Shown here in pieces: positions 11,801-20,794 of a DNA stretch of 64,000 nucleotides. Made by a program: the position numbers and the translations under genes. Origin of the DNA: Mizuhopecten yessoensis (lineage: Eukaryota); contig NW_018479894.1 in the NCBI RefSeq assembly GCF_002113885.1, forward strand, positions 35,707 through 99,706. The letters run 5' to 3'. The first letter of the stretch is position 1, and each line of letters starts with the position of its first letter. Under the pieces are notes generated by a model. The model was not told the DNA's origin. It made no database searches and worked only from the letters and a program-made list of their open reading frames with translations.

Positions 11801-14800
11801 TTCAGGGGATACTCTTACCCTGGGTATTGGTGGAGAGAAAATTTCAGTGAACACAGGAAAAGAATTTTTACCTGCTTCCGAAGGCAAGGTATATGTACAG
11901 AAACGGACTGTAGTACCACCGAACAGTGTAGCAAGAGTGTGTTGTCGAATTTCCGGAAAGGTAGGCAGTTCTAGTCTAATTGTGGAGCCTACAGTAGAAA
12001 ATGGACTACTAATTCCGAGATCATTGTATGACACAGCCTCGCAGATCAGGTTGTACTGTGTGAATGTCACGGACAGAAATATAATTCTGAAAAGGAAAAC
12101 GGAAATTGCGATAGTCAATGAGGCAAGAGAAATTATTGCGAATGTTGAAAGTCATGCGGATCCCATATTTGTGGAGACATTACGCTGTGGCGAGGAAACA
12201 CCGGACATTGCGCCTTCGCATGTACAGAGTCTCATTGATGGCGCGAAAGAACAGTTGTCGGTTGAGGAGTTAAGTCAATTTGCTCAACTTATTAAGGATA
12301 ATTCCGATGTTTTTGCGAAAAATGACTTTGACCTGGGACATTTTAGTGCTATCAAACACAATATTGATACAGGTACGGCACGGCCGATAAAGCAACGTTT
12401 TCGCAGAACGCCAGCATGTTTTGCCAACGAAGAGGATTTGCATCTAAAGAAGATGCTAGATTCTGGAGTTATCGAATCCTCTACATCCGAGTGGGCGTCA
12501 GCACCAGTGCTGATCCGTAAACGTGACGGCGGAGTGCGCTGGTGCATAGATTATCGGGGACTGAACTCGGTAACTACTAAAGACGTGTTTCCATTACCGT
12601 TAATAGAAGAATGCCTCGACGCATTGACCGATAACGTGTGGTTTTCGAAACTAGATGCCAACTCGGCTTATTGGCAAGTCCTTGTCAATGAATCGGACAG
12701 ACATAAGACTGCCTTCAGTACAAAACACGGATTGTTTCAGTTTGTCAAAATGGGATTCGGACTTTGTAACGCCCCAGCAACTTATGCCAGAGTAATGAAC
12801 CTGGTTCTTCGTGGATTAACATGGAACATTGTTCTTGCCTTCCTGGACGATGTGTTGGTTCTTGGGAAGACCTTCGATGAGCATCTCCAAAATCTAGCAG
12901 AAGTCTTTGAGCGCATCAGGGCGTATCAACTGAAACTCAAACCCGCTAAGTGCGAATTCTTTAAAAAGAAGGTTGACTTCTTAGGGCGAACAGTTAGTGA
13001 AAGTGGCATTGAAACCAGTGGCAAACACATCGAAAAGATGAAGGAGTGGCCAACACCAACATCATCTAAGGATGTTGAGCAATTCTTGGGGTTTGCCAAC
13101 TACCATCGCTCATTTATTCCCGAATATGCCAAAATTGCAGCTCCTCTGTACCAATTGACAGGAAAGAATGACTTTCGGTGGGATGAGGAACAGGAAAAAG
13201 CATTTTCCAGCTTAAAATCTTCCCTGAGTTCTCCACCTGTTTTGGGAATACCGAATAACAGCGATATGTTTGTGCTCGACACAGACGCATCTGACTTTGC
13301 TATTGGTGGTGAGTTGTGCCAAATTCAAGAAGGCAAGGAAAGAACAATAGCTTATGCTAGTTATTCCCTGACATCAGAACAGCGTCGCTATTGTACAACA
13401 AGAAAAGAACTTTTGGCAGTAGTTCGCTTTACCAGACAGTTTCGCCATTATCTGCTTGGTCGCAAGTTTGTGGTGAGAACTGATCACAACAGTTTGGTTT
13501 GGTTGCTCAACTTCAAAAATCCCCAAGGACAACTGGCGAGATGGCTTGAAGAGTTAAGCCAGTATGATCTAACTATTGTACACCGAAAAGGAAAAGACCA
13601 TCAAAATGCTGACAGTCTCTCCCGGAGTCTACCAAAAGACCAGTGCGGAAACTTGAAACATGGGCAAGATCCTACCACGTTACCATGCGGAGGATGTGCC
13701 TATTGTACTCGGGCTCATGAACATTGGCATCAGTTTATCTCTGATGTGGACGAGGCGGTCTCTCTAAGTAACATACCCTGCGTACAAAAAGTAACCCAGT
13801 CTGACAATACTTTCGCCGTGGAAGGAAGTCTATATAGCGAGAATTTGACCATAGAAGTGTCTGCTTTTGGAATAAATATCCTCACTAGATCTGAAAGGAG
13901 TGATATTGAAGACATGAACGTCAACGCCTTGGATATTCAATTCTCGGGTTACTCGGCAAAGGAAATCCGGACTGCTCAGGAGCAAGATCCAGAGTTATCT
14001 ATACTGCTAGAGTGGGTAAAGAATAAGAAAGAGGTGGACGAAGGAGAACTGTTTGGATCCAGTAGAGCCATAAAGTATTACTGGATTAACCGTGAGTTAT
14101 ACTTCCTGGATGAGTCTGGTATATTGTGGAGGAAGGATCTAGAAGACACTAGCAAAACTCAATCCTTGGTTATACCTCCCAGTATGAGAGAAGACGCTAT
14201 TTCTTTGTGCCATGACATCCCGGCTAGCGCTCATCAGGGAATCAACCGAACAGAATCCATGGTTCGCCAGAGGTTCCATTGGTATGGCTTGCCTCGCGAC
14301 GTTCAAAAGTTCGTGAAATCCTGTGTCATCTGCAACACCAAGAAAAAAGCCAGTCGAAAGGCTCGATGCCCGTTGACTCTTTTCCAATCAGGGGAACCCA
14401 TGGAAAGAGTTCATCTTGACTTCTTGGGCCCACTACCCATAACAGCAACAGGAAATGAACACATATTAGTTATGGTAGACCAGTTTACCAAATGGGTTGA
14501 ATGTGTTCCCTTACCTTCGCAGACCGCCGCGACAACCGCAAAAGCAGCTGTAAACGAATTCTTCGCGAGATTTGGATATCCGTTCCAAATTCATACAGAC
14601 CAAGGTAGAAACTTTGAAAGTCGTCTGTTTAAAGCTTTGTGTGAAGTTACGCAAATTCATAAAACTCGTACAACGGCTTATAGACCTTCTGCCAATGGAC
14701 AAGTGGAGAGGTATAATCGCACCATCATGAACGCAGTTCGATGCTTCATAAACTCTCAAAGTGAATGGGACATCTATTTACCACAGCTAGCTGGCGCGCT

Positions 14801-16466
14801 AAGGTGTTCCGTAAACCGCCAAACTGGACATACCGCCAACAAGTTAATGCTGGGCCGGGAGACCAATCAGCCTGCAGATCTCTTGTATGCCGCTCCATCG
14901 AACAAGAAGGCGAAGGACTCTCGCGACTCTGAAAGTTATGTGGACAATTTGGTAGATGCAATTCAGCGTGCCCATGAAACCGCCAGAAAAACCCTTGCCA
15001 CAACGCAGAGGAGAATGAAACGTGATTACGATGTTCGCGTTTACACTACCGAGTTCATTGAAGGGGATGTGGTCTACGTCTTCGACAATGCAACGCCTAA
15101 GGGACAAAATCCCAAGTTAAAGGCCGTTTGGAAAGGTCCTGGACTCATAGTCAAAAAGTACACGCCGTACGTCTATGGAGTACAGATGGGGAAGACGCGA
15201 CAAGTCATTAATCACGATCGATTAAAAATGTGTAATGACCGTAAGCGACCCCAATGGATAATCGATCTCCAGGAGCACCGAGCGGAACCGGTAGAGGAAA
15301 CCCACTGTGTCTGCCATCAAACGGATGATGGGACCATCATGATCCAGTGTGACTTTTGTTTTGTGTGGTTCCATGGACGTTGTGTGGGCTTAAATGTAGA
15401 GGAAGCCGAACAGCTGGAACTTTATTGCTGTACTACGTGTGAACTATCTGTATAAGTGTGAACTGACTCCACAGTATACAGGGACTTCTATAAAAGAGGG
15501 AGGAATGTGGTGTTTGTTGACGTTCTGTAAGCGTGCGAATGACTGTGAGTGAAGCATGTGAGTGACCTTGATGGGAGCCTAGTTCGAATTGTTCTTGCAT
15601 GTGTTTTGTTCCAAGATAAAAAGTACCCAAGCTGAGATAGCTGTCCAGTGTTCTATATTTGTGAAGCGTATGTGTGCCGACTGTACTGGTACGAATACAA
15701 CAGTTTTAATAAGGATCACACCAGCGAGATGTCTGGCTTACTATCAATAAAGCTTAAGAGAAATTATCCTTTACTGAGTTGTTAGAAGACAGCTAGCTTA
15801 TTTCACTATGGTGACAGAGATATATGTCACTAGAATTATGTAAAATAATCAAGGGAGATAACTCACAATATCAGAAATAATATTTTGGCATACAAAGATT
15901 AAGATACATTTCAAACAGGTATAGATCTATACAGTCATTTAGTTTTGTTGAAGGGAAGATCATGATTTCTCCTATATATTAGGATTTGGTAAATTGCTCT
16001 ATCCTTTCACAAAAAAAGCCCCAAAACCTAACAGTAATGAAGCTTGTGAAATCAGATTGTAAAACCTGATCGCAAACATTTGGTTCCGGTTTACCTCTAG
16101 TTTGGCGTATCTAAGCCAGTGGAGACACATGCTCGTGGCTTTGTTCTGGTCTGATTTACAAGCCACCGTAAAGGTGGATCTGAGAGTTTCGGAGACGATG
16201 CCCTGAAGGTATGTGCTTTTGCCACTGTTGTACACAAAAATTCCTGTGGAAAAATCATATTGGAGGTCTCCAACCCTCTGCTCCACCACTCCACTGGCGT
16301 ATAGAGGTGTCACTTTCTTCTTCAGAGCGCTCACTGTGTACCAGATAATAAACACCATGAAGAGAAGAAAACAAGCTATCTTCAAAAATCTCAACGTTCT
16401 GCCGCGAAGTTGCCTCATAGTCAAACTTGTTGTATCGCAGCTCATCACATAACAAACATACCGCAT
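2563..16466 (-). CDS. MYORG: MYORG (myogenesis-regulating glycosidase, KIAA1161)-like GH31 type II membrane protein, 3 exons, 699 aa; catalytic residues apparently lost
   Basis: join of 16466-16095, 4613-3152 and 2828-2563 = 2100 nt, with GT-AG introns in phases 0 and 1. N-terminal TM segment (FLKIACFLLFMVFIIWYTV). MYORG-type motifs HWYGGAE, WSTW, IEIDD, PDIIGG, ELYIRWMQLSAFMP, PIIRPIWW, EFLVGDSILVAP, RDIYLPEG. Confidence 0.9.
3152..4613 (-). CDS. MYORG: MYORG-like exon 2 (GH31 barrel)
   Basis: Acceptor TTTCAG|ATT at 4613, in frame with the 486-aa ORF; donor ACAG|GTAAGT at 3151. Confidence 0.93.
5065..5155 (-). mobile_element. Degenerate tRNA-derived SINE head
   Basis: Resembles the SINE heads at 17068-17165 and 17380-17495. 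Confidence 0.35.
6345..8074 (-). mobile_element. 5'-truncated, frameshifted CR1/L2-group LINE (ORF2 RT and C-terminus)
   Basis: Broken frames give KTNPKAF*KYVNSK, KSSGPDNIHP, QHGFRVGRSC, YLDFAKAFD, GVPQGSVLGP, MFADDTK, LVRPHIEY, TRGHSKKLYK, FSNRVVNTWNNL and SFKHRLNKHW. Confidence 0.9.
8075..8271 (+). repeat. 5' LTR (197 bp)
   Basis: TGTGGTG...TACAACA, identical to 15506-15702 by eye. Confidence 0.97.
8273..8286 (+). other. Primer binding site, probably tRNA-Ser (CGA-type)
   Basis: TGGCGTCACGAGCA 1 nt after the LTR; complementary to a tRNA ending ...CGTGACG-CCA, the 3' end I recall for a metazoan tRNA-Ser(CGA). Confidence 0.75.
9029..9823 (+). CDS. Gypsy accessory ORF0: SGNH/GDSL-like hydrolase (264 aa)
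   Basis: SGNH blocks in order: I VLIADS, II RGA, III AAGINDL, V YDGLH. Basic insert HKHKKRRGRARK and an acidic/basic tail. Confidence 0.8.
   Translation: MNKRYAGVLIADSRANNFQRFGHPEDFNIKFIIQRGAQIQDLVALSIPIVRTFEPSKTLIIKVAAGINDLLKLEREPDGKILVPSDRSPDNIIEELSEFRTRVQVVRPSSRVSFITIPPASLKDFQLNKSSKPINQNLVTKLQEQHNKTVLEVNSRIHHLNNQTVPTGWTVKWADTIVHKHKKRRGRARKVITAYRYSFEQYYDGLHAKSDVKKEWYKQVVSGIRGDITKLEKPGSEIRIVTTESSEEDTPVDTDDKSWKRLKR
9943..11346 (+). CDS. gag: Gypsy Gag (467 aa): N-terminal helix-hairpin-helix, Pro/Gln-rich linker, capsid, coiled coil, CCHC zinc knuckle
   Basis: INYCERQDLLLLPGIGERLADKILQVR (HhH); PKTLRYDGNSDWKAF (capsid start); CYGCGQTGHFKSNC (zinc knuckle). Confidence 0.92.
   Translation: MTRINYCERQDLLLLPGIGERLADKILQVREVMGDITKEVLLAIPYLRPTETMLNQIDFTPRYERFTDMGENLTGEHHTYKMDPPPKVQHPSPPRLQVQNPGPYFDNYGYPGSRQREHRQQYQYTNYRDPYEQEYHGQPRQPQFNFPPPRYNPGNPPPRRGRVVAPKTLRYDGNSDWKAFCTKFTRFTEAENLTARECRDNLCWILEGKASEFFTMLLDRDSTMEFFDIMSKMERRFGFKELAETTQARLRNARQYPDEKLADWADRVLSLATRAYQDLPDEFMYKQAISTICQGAADKEAGQYVSNLRLGSIEEVVDKMRLFQHTRKSIYGRDRPRPSPVEELIIQEEEGTSVSRTFQRRVPNSQSSFQPSSATNQRLSALEDKVSDMQKSLKQILEAVRVPEERIKRNVVCYGCGQTGHFKSNCPNAEDNKSVKLLDAAEKTEGEEVVPGSEEVEDSLNTDRSAN
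11319..11361 (+). promoter_or_regulatory. -1 programmed ribosomal frameshift signal (gag to pol)
   Basis: G TTA AAC slippery heptamer in the gag frame at 11319-11325; 6-nt spacer; 7-bp stem AGGTCGG (11332-11338) / CCGACCT (11355-11361). The -1 frame is open from the heptamer into pol. Confidence 0.8.
11430..15455 (+). CDS. pol: Gypsy Pol: protease, RT, RNase H, integrase, C-terminal PHD finger (probably entered by frameshift near 11325)
   Basis: VDTGA; RWCIDYRGLN; FGLCNAP; AFLDD; LDTDAS; RTDH; HDIPASAH...CVIC; HLDF, HTDQGRNFES, NGQVER; WKGP; C-x-C...QCDFCFVWFHGRCV...CTTC. Confidence 0.97.
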   Translation: MTDNTTESTRVELDNITRLRSTSMFQVPVIVGGFHTRAVVDTGAEVSIISDEVYKNLVEPPSILKHVTLNAAGRDQPIESYIVGPIELDIGSKSYKVSIYVGPIEDDILLGLDFLKPNNAQLDISGDTLTLGIGGEKISVNTGKEFLPASEGKVYVQKRTVVPPNSVARVCCRISGKVGSSSLIVEPTVENGLLIPRSLYDTASQIRLYCVNVTDRNIILKRKTEIAIVNEAREIIANVESHADPIFVETLRCGEETPDIAPSHVQSLIDGAKEQLSVEELSQFAQLIKDNSDVFAKNDFDLGHFSAIKHNIDTGTARPIKQRFRRTPACFANEEDLHLKKMLDSGVIESSTSEWASAPVLIRKRDGGVRWCIDYRGLNSVTTKDVFPLPLIEECLDALTDNVWFSKLDANSAYWQVLVNESDRHKTAFSTKHGLFQFVKMGFGLCNAPATYARVMNLVLRGLTWNIVLAFLDDVLVLGKTFDEHLQNLAEVFERIRAYQLKLKPAKCEFFKKKVDFLGRTVSESGIETSGKHIEKMKEWPTPTSSKDVEQFLGFANYHRSFIPEYAKIAAPLYQLTGKNDFRWDEEQEKAFSSLKSSLSSPPVLGIPNNSDMFVLDTDASDFAIGGELCQIQEGKERTIAYASYSLTSEQRRYCTTRKELLAVVRFTRQFRHYLLGRKFVVRTDHNSLVWLLNFKNPQGQLARWLEELSQYDLTIVHRKGKDHQNADSLSRSLPKDQCGNLKHGQDPTTLPCGGCAYCTRAHEHWHQFISDVDEAVSLSNIPCVQKVTQSDNTFAVEGSLYSENLTIEVSAFGINILTRSERSDIEDMNVNALDIQFSGYSAKEIRTAQEQDPELSILLEWVKNKKEVDEGELFGSSRAIKYYWINRELYFLDESGILWRKDLEDTSKTQSLVIPPSMREDAISLCHDIPASAHQGINRTESMVRQRFHWYGLPRDVQKFVKSCVICNTKKKASRKARCPLTLFQSGEPMERVHLDFLGPLPITATGNEHILVMVDQFTKWVECVPLPSQTAATTAKAAVNEFFARFGYPFQIHTDQGRNFESRLFKALCEVTQIHKTRTTAYRPSANGQVERYNRTIMNAVRCFINSQSEWDIYLPQLAGALRCSVNRQTGHTANKLMLGRETNQPADLLYAAPSNKKAKDSRDSESYVDNLVDAIQRAHETARKTLATTQRRMKRDYDVRVYTTEFIEGDVVYVFDNATPKGQNPKLKAVWKGPGLIVKKYTPYVYGVQMGKTRQVINHDRLKMCNDRKRPQWIIDLQEHRAEPVEETHCVCHQTDDGTIMIQCDFCFVWFHGRCVGLNVEEAEQLELYCCTTCELSV
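15492..15505 (+). other. Polypurine tract
   Basis: AAAAGAGGGAGGAA directly before the 3' LTR. Confidence 0.9.
15506..15702 (+). repeat. 3' LTR (197 bp)
   Basis: Identical to the 5' LTR; followed by TSD GTTT. Confidence 0.97.
16095..16466 (-). CDS. MYORG: MYORG-like exon 1 (cytoplasmic tail, TM helix, start of luminal domain)
   Basis: ATG at 16466; donor CTAGAG|GTAAAC at 16094; phase 0. Confidence 0.8.
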
Positions 16467-17067
16467 GTGCTTCCGGGGGTTATTACCTCATTTCCGGTTC
16501 AATGCGCTCGGGCGCTTTCCATTTGCTGGGAAAGCCTACGTCGATAGTTCTAACACGCTTTCACTTATGTGGTTAAATCAAACATTACCACTCTATAAAT
16601 GAAAATCTGAATAGTAAAGTGCAAGCAGTATACGTCTCTGGTAATATCCCTTTTTCATTGGTTGATAATCATTTTTAAGAAATAAGTGCGTGTATCACAA
16701 TGATATAAGAAAATGTTGGAAAATAATCAATGAACATTCCATTAACTTTAATGTGTTAAATATTTGTGTATGATTATGAAATGTATATACTCAATGTTCG
16801 AGTCGAAAATGAAGGGGGGAATAACACTGGGCCGGAAACGGTGTTTTTTACCGTAATTTTAACGTAATGCATCAAGTGCAAATTATGTTGATCATACCAT
16901 AGACTAGAGACGTACGTCTCTGCATAGACAAAGAGTTTTTCTAATTAAACAGATTTATATAAAACACGTGCCTTCTTCCATTTTAGCGAATAACCACAAT
17001 CTATGGTAACTTTAAATATTCACGAACGCGTGTACGTGCTACGACGATGAAATGTATGTATTGTAAC

Positions 17068-17165
17068 AGGAGATGGAAAGATGCCAGACAAGGGTTCGAA
17101 ACCTGGACACTCCAAACTCCAGATGGGTGATGCTCTACCAATTTAGCTACCTGGTAGCCAACGAT
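17068..17165 (-). mobile_element. tRNA-derived SINE head
   Basis: Minus strand: GGTAGCTAAATTGGTAGAGC (A box) ... GGTTTCGAACCC (B box). No clean cloverleaf. Confidence 0.65.
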
Positions 17166-17239
17166 CGACCAGAGACGTATAATACACAAGTCAATAATAC
17201 ACATAATAGAGTCTCTGGATCGACCAAGTCAAGTTCCAC

Positions 17240-17495
17240 ATCATTCCTCCCTCCTTTTCTAAATCTTCGCCCTCGAAGACACAATTTACAACCCAGGTTC
17301 GGTTATTCCCTTGCCAAGCGTGCGCGTACACCCAATGCTTGTATCAAGGGTTGGTCATAGGCACCACTCTAAAATGAGATGAGAAATGCACGACATGACC
17401 AGGGTTGGAACCAAGGACCCTTCGAACTGTAGACGGACGACCTACATGTACATGTATATCAATTGAGCTACATGTAAAATGTACCTGGTCGCCGA
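17240..17495 (-). mobile_element. Second, more degenerate tRNA-SINE copy (head plus putative body), in tandem with the previous one
   Basis: Minus-strand GTAGCTCAATTG ... GGTTCCAACCC, similar to 17068-17165. Confidence 0.5.
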
Positions 17496-17964
17496 CAGTC
17501 CCACTGCCACCAGTTCAAATTAATTGAAAAACATAATAAGTACATTTATATTTACACTATATTTACAACACAAGTTTTTTAATCCGTCATAAACTATACC
17601 AGTTTTCACTATTGTGAACTCAATCTCTCCACTCCAAACTTATCTCCAACTATAAACTGTAAAACTACACAGACTAAAAACTACAGCTAAAACTTCTATT
17701 ATTACTAACTTCCTAATTCTCGCTTTAACTCGTAACTTTCTAACTCTCCTCTATATCTCTGGACCTCTCAACTCTGTCTCCCTAACTCAACCTCCTTTCT
17801 CAAGACTTCTAACCCAACTTTCTTCTCCTTTGATTCCCATTAGCTGAACTACCTTGTCCCTTAGCAGGGTTGACACTAACTTTTGATAGCTTGTGGTCAG
17901 CCGACGAGTGTAGCGAGGAGTAGGGGGTTGTGTTCGGGAGGGGGTACTGAATAAGAGGGGGGGN

Positions 17965-17965
17965 T
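17965..17965. other. Assembly gap (single N)
   Basis: N in the sequence. Confidence 0.95.
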
Positions 17966-18129
17966 AATGAAGGTTTTTAATTTTCTGTAAAATTCTTGTT
18001 TTTTTCTCTCCTTACTTTTTCCATTTTTCCATTTATGACTGATTTTTAAGAAATAACGCAGAAACATGAAACAAATTTCTCTGTTTATTTTTTTACATAG
18101 CCCCCAACAGTAGTCTGTATGCTTTTTGT

Positions 18130-18260
18130 TGCAACTCTATTCAATCCTTCCTGGACATTTCGGAATCATCTTCTGAGTGCAGCATACCCTACATTTCATT
18201 AAGTTTGTGTCAGTATCATCATTGAGCCTTGTAAACGAATTTTTCCATGAAAGTTTTTTT
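18130..18260 (-). mobile_element. Possible remnant of a hAT/ZNF862-type transposase N-terminal zinc finger
   Basis: WKNSFTRLNDDTDTNLMKCRVCC resembles the W...F.WL......M.C..C motif. Confidence 0.3.
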
Positions 18261-19300
18261 TTTGTTTGTGTAGTTATTTTTCGGTTGAAGTTTTTAACTT
18301 TATTTTGCCAGTGGTTGTACAAGTAGTACACCGTAGGGACCGGGTCCACCAAAATCCTGGACGGTCCACTTACTGGGGTGGGGGTCAGTATCAGCTAACA
18401 CTGACGTCACAGACTGGACTTCACCCTCCTAGACTACAGATGGTAACACTAATACAGATCCCAACCTATATTATAGCCACAATTTTCTTCGGCTACTTAG
18501 TCACTATCTTCAAATAAAACTCTGATACTGACCACGAACCAAGGCTAATAAAATTCAAAGCAAAATATACCACTTAAAACACTTAAACGGCTAATAAATG
18601 CACACCAGTGACTGTGAAAAAACAATAAAATGTATTAGGCATGAAGAAATAGGGTAGGTCGGGAAACGGGAAACACAGCTATATTTTTATTTGGCCTTAG
18701 CGTCCGACTGGAGAGTTGATCGAGACTGTTGGAGTACTTTTCTTTTCAGTTTTTACGGTCGACAATAGCGAGCGGAAAATAAAATGAAAGGTAATGTTCC
18801 TATATATCTGGTTTCTCCTGACCTGACGCGGACAGATATTGAGCGGAGGTTTAAGTTTGATTCGAATCCGTGCGAGCACATATTTTTCAAATATGGGACA
18901 AAATTCATTAGAAGCCGAGGGAAATTTAAAGAATATATAGTCTACACATTTCATTTACTTATCAACGTACGTGGCAGGTGACATCACAACAACAAATCAT
19001 TTTAAAGTTTTGTATTTGCAAAATTTATTGAACTTCCGTTTGGTTGCCATTATCAATCCTGACCTTTCCCCCATAATGTCACAGAGTCATTATCAGCAAG
19101 TGGAGTCTCGAGTTCTGCGGGACTGCAATAGGATACACTCGAACGTAATGGTTACACGTGTGCTTTATTTTGTAAAAGAGTGCGAGTCTGCAATAGTTTG
19201 TCTGTTCTCTGAAGAATTTAATTGTATGAAATATATCATAATATGAACTGTACCCAGGGTCCGTTCCATGTCATCACTCGTCGAACCGCTCTGCATTGGA

Positions 19301-20662
19301 TTTTTAGCTCACCTGCCCGAAGGGCAAATGAGCTTATGCCGTGGCGCGGCGTCCGTCGTCCGGCGTCAATATTTTACCTTAAACACCCTTTTCTTAATAA
19401 CAAAAAGGCCTAGGGTGATGATATTTGGCCAGAAGCAAACTGGAATAAAGAGCTACCAAGTTTGTTCAAATAAATGACCTTGACTTATATTCAAGGTCAG
19501 AGGGCAAATATGTTTAAAACCTTTAATCAACTTCTTCTGAATAACCCAGAGGCCTAGGGTGATGATATTTGGCCAGTAGCATGCTGGGATGAAGGGCAAC
19601 AGAGTTTGTTCAAACGAATGACCTTGACATATATTCAAGGTCACAGTGATCAAATATGTTTGAAACCTTTAAACAACTTCTCCTGAATAACCGAGAGGCC
19701 TAGGATACTGATATTTGGCCAGTAGCATGCTTGGATAAAGGGCCACCAAGTTTGTTCAAACGAATTGCCTTCGCCCATTTTAAGGTCACATGGGTCAAAC
19801 ATGTTTATAACCTTTAAACAACTTCTACTCAATAACCAAAAAGGCCTAAGATGATGATATTTTGCCAGTAGCATGCTGGGATGAAGGGTTACCAAGTTTG
19901 TTCAAATGAATGACATTCACCAAATTTCCAGGTCACAAGGATCAAATATATTTTAAACCTTTAAACAACTTCTTTTCAATACCCTAAAGGCCTAGGATGC
20001 TGATATTTGGCCAGTAGCATGCTTAGATAAAGGGTTACCAAGTATGTTCAAACAAATGACCTTCACTCATTTTCAAAGTCACAGGGGTCAAATATTTTTA
20101 AAACCTTTAAACAACTTCTTCTCAATAACCAAAAAGCCTAAGATGATGATATTTAGCCAGTAGAATGCTGAGTTTAAGGGCAGCGAAGTTTGTTCAAACG
20201 AATGACCTTCGCTCATATTCAAGGTCACAGGAATCAAATATGTTTAAATCCTTTCAACAACTTCTTCTCAATAACCAAAAGGCCTAGGATGATGATATTT
20301 GGCCAGTAGCATACTGGGATAAAGGGCAACAAAGTTTGTTCAAACGAGTGACCTTCGCTAATATTCAAGGTCATTCATTTGAACAAATATGTTTAAATCT
20401 TTAAATGACTTGTTCTGAATAACCAAAAGGTCCAGGGTAATGATATTTGGCCAGAAGCATGCTGGGATCGAAGGCTATAACTCTGTTCAACCTGATGTCC
20501 TTGTTCGACAATCAAGGTCACAGGCGTCCTATGTTTAAATCTTTTAATAGGTTCTTATGAATTGAACACTGATATTTTGTAGCTGTATATTAGTCAACTT
20601 TTAAGATTACAAGTGTGAGATTAATACCAGATGAGCGATCCAGGCCCATTGGGCCTCTTGTT
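19301..20662 (+). mobile_element. Non-autonomous Helentron (HINE/DINE-1-like) with internal satellite of about 146 bp x 8
   Basis: 5' TTTTTAGCTCACCTG...ATGAGC then CGTC-type microsatellite; 3' CAGATGAGCGAT subterminal IR plus hairpin AGGCCCATTGGGCCT; T-rich flanks. ATATTTGGCC recurs at 19421, 19565, 19711, 19857, 20003, 20149, 20295 and 20443. Confidence 0.85.
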
Positions 20663-20794
20663 TTCTTTTGATCTATGTGCGTTCGTTTGTATGGCTCAAC
20701 CTATGGGTTTGTATAGTCCTACATATGTTCTTTCTGCAGCAGTGTTACTGGTGGTTCTAGTTAACATCCTTTCCCTCGTAGGCTATACCAGTGG

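Larger units (their letters stand above)
8075..15702 (+). mobile_element. Full-length, intact Gypsy/Ty3 LTR retrotransposon (7628 bp) with three ORFs, antisense within MYORG-like intron 1
   Basis: Identical TG...CA LTRs; 4-bp TSD GTTT at 8071-8074 and 15703-15706; PBS; PPT; PR-RT-RH-IN domain order. Confidence 0.97.

Noticed and set aside
17068-17165. Functional tRNA gene
   Set aside because: A and B boxes are present but the stems do not pair cleanly and degenerate copies lie nearby; better explained as a SINE head.
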